Source: Planctomycetota bacterium (GTDB lineage: Bacteria > Planctomycetota > JAJSAM01 > JAJVHW01). Taken from it: DNA of 64,000 nt. This document shows positions 38,776 to 48,686 of this stretch, piece after piece; the stretch's first letter is position 1; each line of letters begins with the position of its first letter. Location: NCBI GenBank assembly GCA_965248445.1, contig CBDFJG010000003.1, positions 1,696,001-1,760,000 on the forward strand. The letters are read 5' to 3'. A program made the position numbers and the translations under genes. The notes under the pieces were generated by a model. It was not told the DNA's origin. It worked only from the letters and a program-made list of their open reading frames with translations, and made no database searches.

Positions 38776-40803
38776 TCACCGAGGGCGCACGATGCGGCAG
38801 AGATCGGCGAAGCGCAAGAGAGTCGCGTCGATCTCGCGCAGGAGCGCGTGCCGGTTGGTGCGCAGCGCCGCATCGTCCGCGTTGACGAAGACCTCTTCGA
38901 AGAACCTGTGCAACGGCGCTCCGAGAGTCGCTGCGATGCGCACGGCGTCGTCTCGCGAGAGCGCCGTGGGCGCGGCCGGGAGGGATGCTGCGAGAGGCTG
39001 CCACGCCGCGTAGAGCGCCTTCTCGGCATCCTCCGCCAGCAAGTCCTCACGCACCTCACTGCCCGGAACATCACTGGCCGGAGCGTCGCTCTTCTTCGTG
39101 ATGTTGCGGCAGCGCTCGGCAACCTCGATCAAGCGGTCGAAGCCCGGCGCTTCGGAGAGAGCCGCAAGGTCGTCCAGGCGGGCGACCAGCGCGCCGACCG
39201 ATGCGTACGTGGACACGGCGTCGACATGATCGTGAGGGACGCCACGATCGCGCAGACGGCGGACCATGCGCGCGTGCAGGTACTCCCGCACCTTCTCGTC
39301 CCCGCCCGCGGAAGCGACTCCGTCGTAGAGGGGGAAGTCAGGCGCGAAACGCTCGCACGCGGCGAGGAACGTGATCGCGGCACGACGCACGCCGAACGGG
39401 TCGGCGCTGCCGGTCGGAAGACCGACCTGCGTCCCGAACGCGGTGAGCGTGTCGAGGTTCTCGGCGAGGACGACCGCGACGGCGACGTCTGAAGGGCGCC
39501 CCGCCCCGTCGAAGTCGTGTCGGTACTGCCAATCGATAGCCTCGGCGACGTCGGCGTGCTCGCCGTCGCCCGCGGCGTACACGCTGCCGACGTGTCCCTG
39601 GAGTTCGGGGAACTCGCCGACCATCAGCGTGACGAGATCGCACTTCGCGAGTTCGGCCGCGCGAACCGATCGGTCGACGCCGTCACGGTCGAGCCCCATC
39701 AGTTCTGCGACAACCCGCGCCGTCTTGGCCAGCCGCGCGGCCTTCTCCCGCAGCGTGCCGAGTTTCCGGTGGTAGACGACGCCCTCGAGCGCGGAAAGGC
39801 GATCTTCCAGCCGCTGCTTGCGGTCTTCGGACAGGAAGAAGCTCGCGTCGTGCAGACGCGGCACCAGAACGCGTTCGAAGCCACGGCGGGCCACGTCGTG
39901 CGACGACGGCTCACGGTCGAGTACGGCGACGAACGCGGCCTCGAGCGTCCCGTCCTCCCCCCGCACCGGGAAGAAGCGCTGATGGTGTTCCATCACCGTG
40001 ACCAGCAGGCGCGGCGGGAGTTCCAGGTAGGACGGGTCGAAGTGTCCGACGAGAGCCGATGGCCACTCGACGAGGTTGACGACCTCCTCGAGCAGCGCGG
40101 GCCGGATGTCCACGCGACCGGCAGCAGCGGTCGCCGCCTCGCGGACGCCCGTCTCTCTCTCCGCCGGATCCGCCATCACGTGCGCGGCGCGAAGTTCGTT
40201 CACGTACGCGCTCGCCGAGGCGTTGCGCAACTCGAGCGGGTGCGGAGCGAGGAATGCGTGACCGCGTGTGGTCCGCCCCGCCGCCAGCCCGGCGATCTCG
40301 CACGGGACGACGTCCGCGTCCAGGAGCGCGACGACGCCCCGGATCGGGCGGGCGAACACGTCGGGCGCTCCCCAGCGCATGCGCTTCTTCCAGGGCACGT
40401 CGGCGACGGCCGCGGGAAGGATCTCCGCGACGACCTCGCCGGCATCGCGTCCCGCCGTGCGCACGACGGCCACGACGTTGTCGTCGTCGCGTTCCAGCGC
40501 ATCGGGAGTGAGGCCGTGCTTGCGCGCGAACCCCTCGGCTGCGCGTGTAGGCGCCCCGTCGGCATCGAAGGCCGAACCGAGACGCGGTCCCTTCACGCGC
40601 TTCTGGCGATCCGGCGAGCGCGAGGGCAGCCCCGTCGCGCTGACCGTGAGGCGGCGCGGCGTGAACAGCACGGCAACGTCGTCGGCCGGCAGCCCGGCAT
40701 CCTGGAGTCGCTTGCGGATCGAATCGCCGAGCGCCGTAGCGGCGCGACGCAGCACGCGCGGAGGCAGTTCCTCGCAGAGGAGTTCGAACAGGAGGTCGGC
40801 CAC
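38776..40803 (-). CDS. glyS: Glycine-tRNA ligase beta subunit
   Basis: LLFEL.CEELP, TPRRL, MRWG, EV.NLVEWP, HQRFFP, MVGEFPELQG, PTGSADPFGVRR. Confidence 0.96.
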   Translation of the reverse strand: MADLLFELLCEELPPRVLRRAATALGDSIRKRLQDAGLPADDVAVLFTPRRLTVSATGLPSRSPDRQKRVKGPRLGSAFDADGAPTRAAEGFARKHGLTPDALERDDDNVVAVVRTAGRDAGEVVAEILPAAVADVPWKKRMRWGAPDVFARPIRGVVALLDADVVPCEIAGLAAGRTTRGHAFLAPHPLELRNASASAYVNELRAAHVMADPAERETGVREAATAAAGRVDIRPALLEEVVNLVEWPSALVGHFDPSYLELPPRLLVTVMEHHQRFFPVRGEDGTLEAAFVAVLDREPSSHDVARRGFERVLVPRLHDASFFLSEDRKQRLEDRLSALEGVVYHRKLGTLREKAARLAKTARVVAELMGLDRDGVDRSVRAAELAKCDLVTLMVGEFPELQGHVGSVYAAGDGEHADVAEAIDWQYRHDFDGAGRPSDVAVAVVLAENLDTLTAFGTQVGLPTGSADPFGVRRAAITFLAACERFAPDFPLYDGVASAGGDEKVREYLHARMVRRLRDRGVPHDHVDAVSTYASVGALVARLDDLAALSEAPGFDRLIEVAERCRNITKKSDAPASDVPGSEVREDLLAEDAEKALYAAWQPLAASLPAAPTALSRDDAVRIAATLGAPLHRFFEEVFVNADDAALRTNRHALLREIDATLLRFADLCRIVRPR

Positions 40804-40804
40804 G

Positions 40805-42469
40805 TCAGTCGTCTCTCTGCGACTGCGAGATGACCCAGCTGCGGGCTTGCTGCGCGACCTGCCGGCGCTGTTCGTAGGCGACCTCTCCGGTCTCGTACCC
40901 GAACGACTGCCCGGAGAGCGCGCGAAACAGCTCGTAGCCGACCTGGAACGTGCGCGCGTCGGCGTCATCGAGCGCCTCGAGCGAGTAGACCGCCAGCCGA
41001 CTGCGCCCCTTCTCGAGGTGCGAGAACAGGGTCTTCATCGCCTTGCAGGCGTCGAGACGGGCGAGGCTCCCGAACGCAGACGCCCACCACTTCCGGTACT
41101 GATCGCGCTCCGCCGGCCACGCCGCGTCGTCGCTCGGCTTCGTGAGGTCGGGCCGAAAGTACTTCCCCGTGCGCGCCGCGATCCCCTGGATCGCCGCTTC
41201 GCGCACCTCGCGATCCGGGGAATCGAGCAGGCGGTACATGAACGGCACGACGGCCGGCGTGCCGATGCGTCCGATGGCCTCGGCGGCCGCGCGGCGCACG
41301 GTCACCTCCGTCTCGCGTTCGCGTGGATGGAAGAGAAGGATCTCGAGGAGCGGCACGGTCGCCGGATCACCGTGCTCGCCGATCAGCATCACCGCCGCGC
41401 GGCGCACGCCCGGCCCGGCCTCCGCCGGTGAGAGGAGTTTGTAGACCTGCGCCGGAAGGGCCGACCACTCGAACTCGCGCATCGTGTGCAACGCCCTCTC
41501 GCGAACGTCGTCTCCGGCGACCTCGAGACGCCGGACCAACTGCTCGGGCTTCGGGCGGTCGTCGACGCGCGTCGCGTACTCCGGGTCCTTCTCCATCTCG
41601 GCGAGCGTGTCGCGCGCGCGTGTCGCATCTTCGCTCGCGGGGAGCTCGCGGATCAGCGTGTTCATCACGCGCTTCGCGTCATCGAGACGCTTGAGCTTCG
41701 CGTAGGTGGCGAAGAGGAACTGGTAGATCTCGGCGTCCTTCGGTGCCGTGCGCTGTGCGGTCTCGAACTCGCGGGCCGCCCCTTCGAACTTCTCCTGGTG
41801 GAACAGCGCGAGGGCGAGCAGCTTGCGGGCGCCCAGGTTCGCGGGCTGTGCATCCAGCACGATCCGGAAGTCCGCTTCCGCACGCTCCCAATCCTCCCGC
41901 GCCGCACGCATGCGCGCGAGCACGAGCCGGATCTCGACGTCCGACGGGTGCTTGCGCGCATAGTTGTCGAGCACGGCCACCGCGCCGTCCTTGCTGCCGC
42001 GTTCCCACATGACCTGCGCCAGGTCACTGATGGCAGCCTGGAACTCCGGGGCGACGCGCAGGGCCTCCCGCAGGAGCTTCTCTGCCTCCGCCAGCTCGCC
42101 CTCGATGCGCGCACAGCGAGCCAGCCCGAGCGGAGCCGGTGCGAAGAGGAGTCCACCCAGCTCCTTGGCCTCCCAGAACGCCTCGCGCGCCTGCTCGAGC
42201 GTCTCCACGTACCCGCGCTCGTCGCCGGCCTGCTTCCGGCCCAGCGCCGCGTTCCCGAGCGCCCGTCCGAGGAGGTAGTACGCCTCCGGAGTGTCGGCCC
42301 GGATGCCCGCACGCGCCTCGCGGAGGACCTGCTCGGCGTGACCCTTCTCCGCCAGTTCGTCCTGGCGGTCGATCTTCGTGCGCAGTTCGGCAGAGAAGCC
42401 GTCCTGCGCGGATGCGACCGGCGCAGCGGCGAGGAGGAACAGCAGGAGGGAGAGGAGCACGGCTCTCAT
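40805..42469 (-). CDS. Exported TPR + HEAT-repeat protein
   Basis: Signal peptide (…PVASA); TPR-like helices, then HEAT repeats ([29 protein letters not shown]). Confidence 0.85.
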   Translation of the reverse strand: MRAVLLSLLLFLLAAAPVASAQDGFSAELRTKIDRQDELAEKGHAEQVLREARAGIRADTPEAYYLLGRALGNAALGRKQAGDERGYVETLEQAREAFWEAKELGGLLFAPAPLGLARCARIEGELAEAEKLLREALRVAPEFQAAISDLAQVMWERGSKDGAVAVLDNYARKHPSDVEIRLVLARMRAAREDWERAEADFRIVLDAQPANLGARKLLALALFHQEKFEGAAREFETAQRTAPKDAEIYQFLFATYAKLKRLDDAKRVMNTLIRELPASEDATRARDTLAEMEKDPEYATRVDDRPKPEQLVRRLEVAGDDVRERALHTMREFEWSALPAQVYKLLSPAEAGPGVRRAAVMLIGEHGDPATVPLLEILLFHPRERETEVTVRRAAAEAIGRIGTPAVVPFMYRLLDSPDREVREAAIQGIAARTGKYFRPDLTKPSDDAAWPAERDQYRKWWASAFGSLARLDACKAMKTLFSHLEKGRSRLAVYSLEALDDADARTFQVGYELFRALSGQSFGYETGEVAYEQRRQVAQQARSWVISQSQRDD

Positions 42470-43332
42470 GACTTCTTCCCCTGTACGTCGTCCCCCAGCC
42501 AGGACGCCGCGCTGGCACGGGCGAGGTCACGGACGCGCGCGATGTACTGCGCGCGCTGGTTGACGCCGATCGCGCCCCGCGCGTCGAGGAGGTTGAACGT
42601 GTGCGAGGCGTGCATGCACTGGTCGTACGCGGGGAGCGATAGCCCGGCTTGCGCCAGTCGCATGCACTCGCGCTCGTGGTCATCGAAGTGCCGCGTGAGC
42701 ATGTCGACGTCCGCCTCTTCGAAGTTGTAGACGCTGAACTCCCGCTCGTTGCGGCGGCTCACGTCGCCCCACGTGACGTCGCCAACCCACCGGATGTCGA
42801 ATCCCGACTGAACGTCCTGCAGGTACATCGCGATCCGCTCGAGTCCGTACGTCATTTCGACGGACACCGGGTCGAGCTCGTACCCGCCGATCTGCTGGAA
42901 GTACGTGAACTGGGTGATCTCCATCCCGTCCAGCCACACCTCCCAGCCCAGTCCGGTCGCTCCCAGCGTCGGCGACTCCCAGTCGTCCTCCACGAAGCGG
43001 ACGTCGTGCGCAGAGAGATCGATGCCGAGGGCCTCGAGGCTGCGGAGGTAGAGCTGCTGGGGGTCGTCTGGCGCGGGCTTCAGGATCACCTGGAACTGGT
43101 AGTAGCGCTGGAAGCGGAACGGGTTCTCTCCGTAGCGGCCGTCTGTCGGACGGCGGCACGGTTGAACGTGCGCGGCGCGCCACGGGTCAGGACCGAGAGC
43201 GCGGAGGAACGTCGGGGCGCAGAACGTCGCGGCACCGACCATCGCGTCGTACGGCTGGAGGATGACGCACCCCTCCTCCGCCCAGTACTCCTGGAGCTTC
43301 AGGATCATCGTCTGGAAGTCGGGACCGGCCAA
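42466..43332 (-). CDS. glyQ: Glycine-tRNA ligase alpha subunit
   Basis: [51 protein letters not shown]. Confidence 0.98.
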   Translation of the reverse strand: MAGPDFQTMILKLQEYWAEEGCVILQPYDAMVGAATFCAPTFLRALGPDPWRAAHVQPCRRPTDGRYGENPFRFQRYYQFQVILKPAPDDPQQLYLRSLEALGIDLSAHDVRFVEDDWESPTLGATGLGWEVWLDGMEITQFTYFQQIGGYELDPVSVEMTYGLERIAMYLQDVQSGFDIRWVGDVTWGDVSRRNEREFSVYNFEEADVDMLTRHFDDHERECMRLAQAGLSLPAYDQCMHASHTFNLLDARGAIGVNQRAQYIARVRDLARASAASWLGDDVQGKKS

Positions 43333-43355
43333 CGCGTGTTTCCCAGCTCGAAGCG

Positions 43356-44570
43356 CTAAGCAACGCCGAGCGCAGTCTCCAGCTTCGAGAGCGCCGTCGC
43401 CAGGTCGCCGCGGACCGCGTCCGGCGCATCCGGCAGCAGGTGCCGCACCTGGTGGAGTCCAGCCCGCGCCACATCCACCCCGTCCTCGTGCATCGCCTCG
43501 TCCACTTCGGCGACCAACCCGTGGGCGAGCGCCGTGCGGGCGACCTCGAGATCCGCGTCGCTCTGCGCCATGCCGCGGAAGACGTCCTGGACCAGCGGGT
43601 GCATGGAGATCCGGCTCTCCTCATCGAGCTCGACCAGGCCGAGCCGAACGAGGTGAAGCACGCCGTTGCTGAGCTCATCCGCCTTCAGCTCGCCGCCACG
43701 CGAACTGCGCAGCGAGTGTACTGCGCCGTACAGCGCGTCCACCGCGATCAGAGTGGGATGCGCCACGGAACCGATCAGGAGGATCTCGAGGCAGATCGGG
43801 TGGGACTTCTGGAACAGCGGGATCAGTCCGACCACGGCGTCACGCAGGTCGCTCACCGAGCGTGCGGCACCGTTCGGGTAGTACGCGACGGCGGCTCGCG
43901 CAGCGAGAGACGCCGTCATCGCGAGTCCGTCGCAGGCGCGCACCTGCGGCGGCGTGACCTCGTCGCCTTCGCGGATGCGCAGAACGGAATGCGCAATGCG
44001 GCGCGGCGCGTGCTCGGGGACGGGTGCGATCTCGACCACGCCTTCGTAGATGCCGCTCGGCTCTTCGGTCACGACGAACACATCCGCCGTCGTCGGTCCG
44101 ACTTCCGGTATCAGCGCCTCCAGGTCGTCGACCGCGGCACCGTCCACGACGAGCAGCGACTTCGGCTCTTCCGCGAGCCGCGCGCGTTCACGCTCCGCCG
44201 TGGCCTTCAGATCGGTCGTGCGGTTCTCACCCCGCGCGGCGGCGATCTCCGCCCAGGCAAGGTCAGCTCCCAGTCCGGCGCGCAGGATCCAAGCGCCGCC
44301 CGGGAAGTTCCCGCCCGCGCGGCGGGCCAGTTCGACTGCAACCGTGGACGCTCCCGTGCCTCGGGGTCCGGTGATCTCGACGACGCCCGGTTCGCGCGCC
44401 GTGAGGGCCGCGTTCAGGACATCCACGACCGCCTGCATCTCGGTGCGGCGGCCGCAGACCGGCCCGGTGCGCGGCGGCAAATTGCTGAGGACCTCGGCGG
44501 CCCCACCGGCCGCGTCCGTCTGGCCGCCGGGGCCGCCGCCTCCTCCTCCGCCTCTCGAGATGATCGCCAT
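43356..44570 (-). CDS. Degenerate NB-ARC/STAND-like protein
   Basis: NLP.R....GR..E, Walker A-like [10 protein letters not shown], Walker B LLVVD, winged-helix SMHPLVQ. Confidence 0.7.
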   Translation of the reverse strand: MAIISRGGGGGGGPGGQTDAAGGAAEVLSNLPPRTGPVCGRRTEMQAVVDVLNAALTAREPGVVEITGPRGTGASTVAVELARRAGGNFPGGAWILRAGLGADLAWAEIAAARGENRTTDLKATAERERARLAEEPKSLLVVDGAAVDDLEALIPEVGPTTADVFVVTEEPSGIYEGVVEIAPVPEHAPRRIAHSVLRIREGDEVTPPQVRACDGLAMTASLAARAAVAYYPNGAARSVSDLRDAVVGLIPLFQKSHPICLEILLIGSVAHPTLIAVDALYGAVHSLRSSRGGELKADELSNGVLHLVRLGLVELDEESRISMHPLVQDVFRGMAQSDADLEVARTALAHGLVAEVDEAMHEDGVDVARAGLHQVRHLLPDAPDAVRGDLATALSKLETALGVA

Positions 44571-44716
44571 GGCCTGTCCTCGCGTCGCGGGCGACCGTCC
44601 GCCCGCCCGTCCTACATTCGGTCCGAGTCCCGCACGATGCTCCGCGCTGCCCCCTTGGACAAGGAACGAACGGGAGCCCCGCGCGAGAGGTGGCCGAGAG
44701 GTGGCACGGGCCCGTC

Positions 44717-46036
44717 TCAGAGCAGCGACGCGAGCGCGTCCCAGTAGCGCGGATAGCTCTTGGCGACGCAATCGTAGTCCCGGAGTCGCACGCCGGGGAC
44801 GGCCAGGCCGACGAGTGCGAACGCCATCGCGATGCGATGGTCCCCCCGCGGGTCGACGAGCCCGTCCCGGGCCGTGCCGCCGCGGACGACGAATCCGTCC
44901 GGCCGCTCCGTCGCGTGACAGCCGACCGCTCGCGCGGCGTCCACGACGGCGGCGATGCGGTCGGTCTCCTTGTCCTTCAGGTGAGCAACGCCGTAGACGA
45001 CGGTCTCGCCGGACGCCACGCAACCGAGCGCACCGATCACGGGTGCGAGGTCCGGAGTACCGCGCAGATCCACCCGCACTCCCCGCAGCGCTCCGCCAAC
45101 GGCGACGACTCCGGCATCCGTGAACGCGAGATCTGCTCCCATGCGGATCAGGATTGTCGGGAAGCGACGGTCAGGCTGACGTGACGACGTGTTCAGGCCC
45201 GTCACCGTCACCCGTCCCCGCGAGACCGCGGCAGCCGCCAGCAGGAACGCGGCCGACGACCAGTCGCCCTCCACGGCGTCCTCGAACGGGCCGTAACCGG
45301 CGCCGTCGATGCGATGAACCAGGCGACCGTCGTCCGCGGTCGCCGCGCGCCACGTTCCGCGCGCGTGGCGCTCCACGACCTCGCGCGTCAGATCCACGTA
45401 TCCGAGCGACGCGCACTCGGAAGCCGGCGCTGTCGTCATCACGCGGATCGGCGTCCGGAGCGCCGCGGCGACAAGGCCCAGGGCCGAGAGCGGCTGGCTC
45501 GATCGCGTCAGGTCGACGTCGATCACGTCGGGCACGACCTCCCGGTCGGCGATACCCCACACCGTGAGCGGCGGACGACCGCCCGCCGTATCCACACGGG
45601 CGCCGAGTCCGCGCACTGCCGCGGCAGTCGCCTCGACCGGCCGCGCGGACAGCGACGCGTTGCCGATCAACGTGTACGGCCCCTTCCCGAGTGCGCAGAA
45701 GGCAGTCAGGAACCGGATGCCGGTGGCGCTACCGCCTAGGTCGAGTTCTGCGCTGTCGCGGGGCAACGAGCCAGCGCAGCCCGTTACGACCACACCGTCG
45801 CTACCGTCGGACAACTCGACCCGAATCTCGATTCCGAGTGCGCGGAGCGCGTCGATGACGGCCTGTGTGTCGTCGTTCCTCGGCACTCCGACCACACAGG
45901 TCTCGCCATCCCCCAGCGCGGCCGCGACCAGCAAGCGGATCGCGTGGCTCTTGCTTCGGGGCGCCCTCACCTGGCCGTGCAGCGGAACGCCCGCTGGCGG
46001 CTGGAGCGCTGGCTCACCGTTTGTCTGACCTTCCAC
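44717..46036 (-). CDS. aroA: 3-phosphoshikimate 1-carboxyvinyltransferase
   Basis: SKSHAIR, SATGIRF, SSQ, VEGDWSSA, KETDRI, DHRIAM, KSYP. Confidence 0.95.
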   Translation of the reverse strand: MEGQTNGEPALQPPAGVPLHGQVRAPRSKSHAIRLLVAAALGDGETCVVGVPRNDDTQAVIDALRALGIEIRVELSDGSDGVVVTGCAGSLPRDSAELDLGGSATGIRFLTAFCALGKGPYTLIGNASLSARPVEATAAAVRGLGARVDTAGGRPPLTVWGIADREVVPDVIDVDLTRSSQPLSALGLVAAALRTPIRVMTTAPASECASLGYVDLTREVVERHARGTWRAATADDGRLVHRIDGAGYGPFEDAVEGDWSSAAFLLAAAAVSRGRVTVTGLNTSSRQPDRRFPTILIRMGADLAFTDAGVVAVGGALRGVRVDLRGTPDLAPVIGALGCVASGETVVYGVAHLKDKETDRIAAVVDAARAVGCHATERPDGFVVRGGTARDGLVDPRGDHRIAMAFALVGLAVPGVRLRDYDCVAKSYPRYWDALASLL

Positions 46037-46085
46037 ACGGGGAGATTACGGAGCCTCCCCAGGGCGGCGTTACATTCGGCGCTCC

Positions 46086-46994
46086 ATGTCAGAAGCAATC
46101 CTCCAGACCGACCTGGCAGGCCTCACGCTGCGAGCCCGCGGCAAGGTCCGCGACATCTACGAACTGCCGGATGCGCTCCTCATCGTGACCACCGACCGGA
46201 TCTCGGCGTTCGACGTCGTGATGCCCAACGGGGTGCCGGACAAGGGCCGCATCCTGACGGAAGTCTCGGTCTTCTGGTTCTCGCACCTCGCCGACGTGGT
46301 GCCGCACCACCTCATCACCGCGGACGTCGATGAGATGCCGGACAGCGTGCGCCGTCACGCCGGCGTGCTGCGCGGCCGCACGATGCTGGTCCGGAAGTGC
46401 GACCCGCTGCCCGTCGAGTGCGTGGCGCGGGGCTACCTCACCGGCAGCGGGCTCAAGGACTACGACGCGACTGGCGCCGTGTGCGGCATCCCGCTCCCCG
46501 CCGGCCTCACGGAGGCTTCGCGACTGCCGGAACCAATCTTCACGCCGGCCACCAAGGCGGACGTTGGGGACCACGACGAGAACATCGACTTCGACCGCAT
46601 GAGCACGATCGTCGGCGACGCGACGGCTACTCGGCTGCGCGACCTGACGATGACGCTGTACGGGCGCGGCGTCGCCCATGCGGAGAGCCGCGGGGTGATC
46701 CTCGCCGACACGAAGTTCGAGTTCGGCCTCGCGGACGGTGAACTGGTCCTGATCGACGAAGCGCTCACCCCCGACTCGTCGCGATACTGGGAACGCGCCC
46801 TCTGGAAGCCGGGGGAACGCCAGCCGTCGTTCGACAAGCAGCCGGTGCGCGACTGGCTGAGCGACAGCGGCTGGAACAAGTCACCGCCGGCACCGCGGCT
46901 GCCCGACGAGGTGGTCGCCGCTACGCGCGAACGCTACCTCCAGATCCACAACAGACTGACCGGAGCCGACTTGCCGAAAGGGAGGCCCTCGTGA
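46086..46994 (+). CDS. purC: SAICAR synthase
   Basis: GKVRDIY, TDRISAFD, ECVARGYL.GSG, ADTKFEFG, DE.LTPDSSRYW. Confidence 0.98.
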   Translation: MSEAILQTDLAGLTLRARGKVRDIYELPDALLIVTTDRISAFDVVMPNGVPDKGRILTEVSVFWFSHLADVVPHHLITADVDEMPDSVRRHAGVLRGRTMLVRKCDPLPVECVARGYLTGSGLKDYDATGAVCGIPLPAGLTEASRLPEPIFTPATKADVGDHDENIDFDRMSTIVGDATATRLRDLTMTLYGRGVAHAESRGVILADTKFEFGLADGELVLIDEALTPDSSRYWERALWKPGERQPSFDKQPVRDWLSDSGWNKSPPAPRLPDEVVAATRERYLQIHNRLTGADLPKGRPS

Positions 46995-47524
46995 CGAACG
47001 GTTCGCCGCAGGCCGCCAAGGTGGCCGTGCTCCTCGGAAGCGACAGTGACCTCCCCGTCATGCGCGCGTGCCTCGAACAGCTCGAGAGCCTGAGCGTGCC
47101 ATACGACTGCGTGGTGGCGTCGGCACACCGCACGCCCACTCGCGTCAGCCGCTACGTCGACGAGTGCATCGCAGGAGGCGTGCAAGTCTTCGTCTGCGCC
47201 GCCGGCGGCGCAGCGCACCTGGCGGGAGCCGTCGCGGCGAAGACGACGCTGCCTGTCATCGGTGTGCCGCTCGACGCCACGCCGCTCAAGGGTGTGGACG
47301 CGCTCTACTCGATCGTGCAGATGCCACCGGGGTTCCCGGTGGCGACCGTGGCGATCGGTAAGTTCGGCGCGGTCAACGCAGGACTCCTCGCGGCGCAGAT
47401 CGTCGCGCTGACCGACCCCGAACTCGACGAGAGAGTTCGGGCGCACCGGGAGCTCACCCGCGAGAAGGTCATAACGAAGAACGCCCGTCTGCGCGACGAA
47501 CTGGGCCTTCCGGCGGAGAAGTAG
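46991..47524 (+). CDS. purE: N5-CAIR mutase
   Basis: GSDSD, SAHRTP, AGGAAHL, PVIGVP, SIVQMP.G.PVATV. Confidence 0.97.
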   Translation: MTNGSPQAAKVAVLLGSDSDLPVMRACLEQLESLSVPYDCVVASAHRTPTRVSRYVDECIAGGVQVFVCAAGGAAHLAGAVAAKTTLPVIGVPLDATPLKGVDALYSIVQMPPGFPVATVAIGKFGAVNAGLLAAQIVALTDPELDERVRAHRELTREKVITKNARLRDELGLPAEK

Positions 47525-47528
47525 GCCC

Positions 47529-48629
47529 GTGGCGGGCGCCCCGGCCTCGACACGCACGCCCCCCATCACGCCTGACGGCGCCATCCCGACGGTGGCCTGG
47601 GCATCCTGCACCGGGTCTGGACTACCGGGCGCGCTCGAACTGCTCGACCAGACAGCTCTCCCCGCGTACGTGCGGAAGCTGGTGCTGACCGAGCTCGAAG
47701 ACGTGCGCGCTGCAATCGCCCGGCTGTCGGTCCGCGGCGCGCCGGCGATCGGTGTCGCCGCGGCGTACGGGATGGTCGTCGGCACGCAGTCGCACGCGGA
47801 CGACGAGCCATCTCGGTTCGCGACGCGGCTCGAGCACACCGCCGAACGGTTGCGGACTGCGCGGCCGACCGCGGTCAATCTCGGCTGGGCGGTGGACCGT
47901 TGTCTCGCTGCCGCCGGGGACCTGCCGGCGGCGAACGCCGTTGCCGCGCTGCTCGCGTGCGCGCGCGAGATCCACACCGAGGACGAGCACGCGTGCGCGG
48001 CCATGGGCCGCAACGCTCTCCCATTGCTCTGCGGCGGCGGCACGTACCTGACCCACTGCAACACCGGACGGCTCGCGACGGCGGGGATCGGGACGGCGTT
48101 CGGCGTGTTCGCGACCGCGCAGACACACGGGCTCCACCCGACCGTGTACGTCGGAGAGGTGCGTCCGCTGCTGCAGGGCGCGCGGCTGACGGCGTTCGAG
48201 CTGGCCGAGCGCGGCATCGCCGGCCGCCTGATGCCAGACGGGGCCGCCGCGGCGCTCCTGCGGACACAAGACGTGGACGCCGTGTTCGTCGGGGCGGACC
48301 GCATCGCGATGAACGGCGACACCGCCAACAAGATCGGGACGTACGGGCTGGCGGTGGCGGCGCGTGAGAACGGGGTGCCGTTCTACGTCGTCGCCCCCAC
48401 CAGCACACTCGACCCGAGCCTCGCGCACGGAGGCGACATCCCCATCGAGCAGCGGGACGCCGGCGAGCTGAGAGCCATCTCGGGTGTGCCCACGGCACCC
48501 CCGGGTGTGGCGGTCTGGAATCCGGCCTTCGATGTGACTCCAGCCTCGCTCATTTCGGGAATAGTCACCGAATCCGAGATCGCCAGGGCCCCCTACGAGG
48601 CCAGCCTCCCTGGCCTCGCGGCGAGCTGA
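47529..48629 (+). CDS. mtnA: S-methyl-5-thioribose-1-phosphate isomerase
   Basis: VRGAPAIG, RPTAVNL, THCNTG.LAT, GADRIA.NGDTANKIGTY, NPAFDVTP. Confidence 0.96.
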   Translation: MAGAPASTRTPPITPDGAIPTVAWASCTGSGLPGALELLDQTALPAYVRKLVLTELEDVRAAIARLSVRGAPAIGVAAAYGMVVGTQSHADDEPSRFATRLEHTAERLRTARPTAVNLGWAVDRCLAAAGDLPAANAVAALLACAREIHTEDEHACAAMGRNALPLLCGGGTYLTHCNTGRLATAGIGTAFGVFATAQTHGLHPTVYVGEVRPLLQGARLTAFELAERGIAGRLMPDGAAAALLRTQDVDAVFVGADRIAMNGDTANKIGTYGLAVAARENGVPFYVVAPTSTLDPSLAHGGDIPIEQRDAGELRAISGVPTAPPGVAVWNPAFDVTPASLISGIVTESEIARAPYEASLPGLAAS

Positions 48630-48686
48630 TCGAAGTCAGGCTCAGATCGAGAGCGCCCGCTGGCCGATGGGTGTGGGGATACCCAA

